From Ignavibacteriota bacterium (lineage in GTDB: Bacteria > Bacteroidota > Ignavibacteria > Kapaibacteriales > UBA2268), in NCBI GenBank assembly GCA_024636855.1, contig JAGXGG010000049.1:20362-84361 (forward strand): a stretch of 64,000 nt of DNA, read 5' to 3'. The position numbers were made by a program, and so were the translations under genes. This document shows positions 63,513 to 64,000 of this stretch, one piece after another (within the stretch, counting starts at the first letter, position 1; each line of letters begins with the position of its first letter). Under the pieces are notes generated by a model. It ran no database searches. It saw only the letters and a list, made by a program, of their open reading frames with translations, and was not told the origin of the DNA.

Positions 63513-64000
63513 TCACCTCATCACCCCAAAATTAACACTGCCATAAGTGCCTACTCGACCACGATTAGTGAAGCCACTGGTGAGGTCATCTCTATAAACT
63601 ATCTCATTTTGAATTTCTGGGATTAAGTAGTTCCTATTGCTAGCTGCCGAGCGGAATAGTATTTTAGCTTTTGGTTTTGCAACACGTTTTATTTCATTCC
63701 ATACTTTTAGCTGAGTTTCTTTATCTTCCCAAAACCAATCAAAATGGTCAAGTAGAATAATATGCGAATAGCTATTGTCCGGACTATTTTTGAGTTGATT
63801 GTAAAATGTATCAGTAACAAGCTTTACTTTCCCAACATTTTGGTGTAGTAACTCAAAGTTTTCTTCATTCAAATAATTAGGGCAAGTTTCCTTAGAGTAT
63901 TGTCCTTTTATATATAAGTACCAGAAGTAGTTTTGAGAAAGTGGAAATTCTTTGAATACAGTTCTTAACGACCCAACTATGAAATCATACATATTATGAT
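63513..64000 (-). CDS. DUF3419/BtaA-like SAM-dependent protein, C-terminal part (5' end outside window)
   Basis: The reading frame stays open to the window edge. HIILLDHFDWFW...VW.EI.RVAKP.AKILFRSA resembles the C-terminal ..LLD..DWM.....LW.EI.R.A.PGARVIFRTA of DUF3419 proteins. Confidence 0.5.
   Translation of the reverse strand, partial: HNMYDFIVGSLRTVFKEFPLSQNYFWYLYIKGQYSKETCPNYLNEENFELLHQNVGKVKLVTDTFYNQLKNSPDNSYSHIILLDHFDWFWEDKETQLKVWNEIKRVAKPKAKILFRSAASNRNYLIPEIQNEIVYRDDLTSGFTNRGRVGTYGSVNFGVMR

Overview
AT-rich chromosomal segment from an FCB-group bacterium (Bacteroidota/Ignavibacteriota-like). The lineage call rests on Bacteroidetes-type TAnnTTTG -7 promoter boxes, eight proteins with Por/T9SS C-terminal sorting tails, and a CarboxypepD_reg-type TonB-dependent receptor. 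No rRNA, tRNA, CRISPR array, transposase or phage gene was recognised.

Housekeeping genes: glgA, panB, asnS, tig, a 2-Cys peroxiredoxin, topA, miaB, a fused 2-oxoacid dehydrogenase E1 alpha/beta, an MltB-like transglycosylase, dnaA, an M16 peptidase, msrA and pnuC. Next to dnaA lies a 458-bp AT-rich gap where gene orientation flips: every gene from 35769 to 46403 is on the minus strand and every gene from 46862 to 60119 is on the plus strand. This gap is the probable oriC.

Main observations:
1. A tandem pair of HTH-less UmuD-like S24 peptidases with reciprocal degeneracy and no umuC. Protein A keeps the Ala-Gly cleavage site but has Ser->Met and Lys->Arg at the catalytic dyad. Protein B keeps the Ser/Lys dyad but has no Ala-Gly or Cys-Gly site.
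2. An intact 438-codon ORF covering only the C-terminal half of ClpB (end of the M-domain plus NBD2).
3. Three tandem TPR-adenylate cyclase paralogues followed by a coupled small membrane protein.
4. A TonB-dependent receptor in an operon with an internally duplicated (2 x 447 aa) beta-helix-like T9SS protein, preceded by an 11-bp-phased TGTTAA repeat array.
5. An operon with an ECF-type promoter: membrane protein, ECF sigma, anti-sigma, exported MsrA, di-haem cytochrome c.
6. Two families of dispersed hairpin repeats filling intergenic gaps.
7. Signs of gene decay: frameshifted corA, and 3' remnants of a Fic gene and an AraC gene.

All functional calls come from motif recognition by eye. No database search was run.
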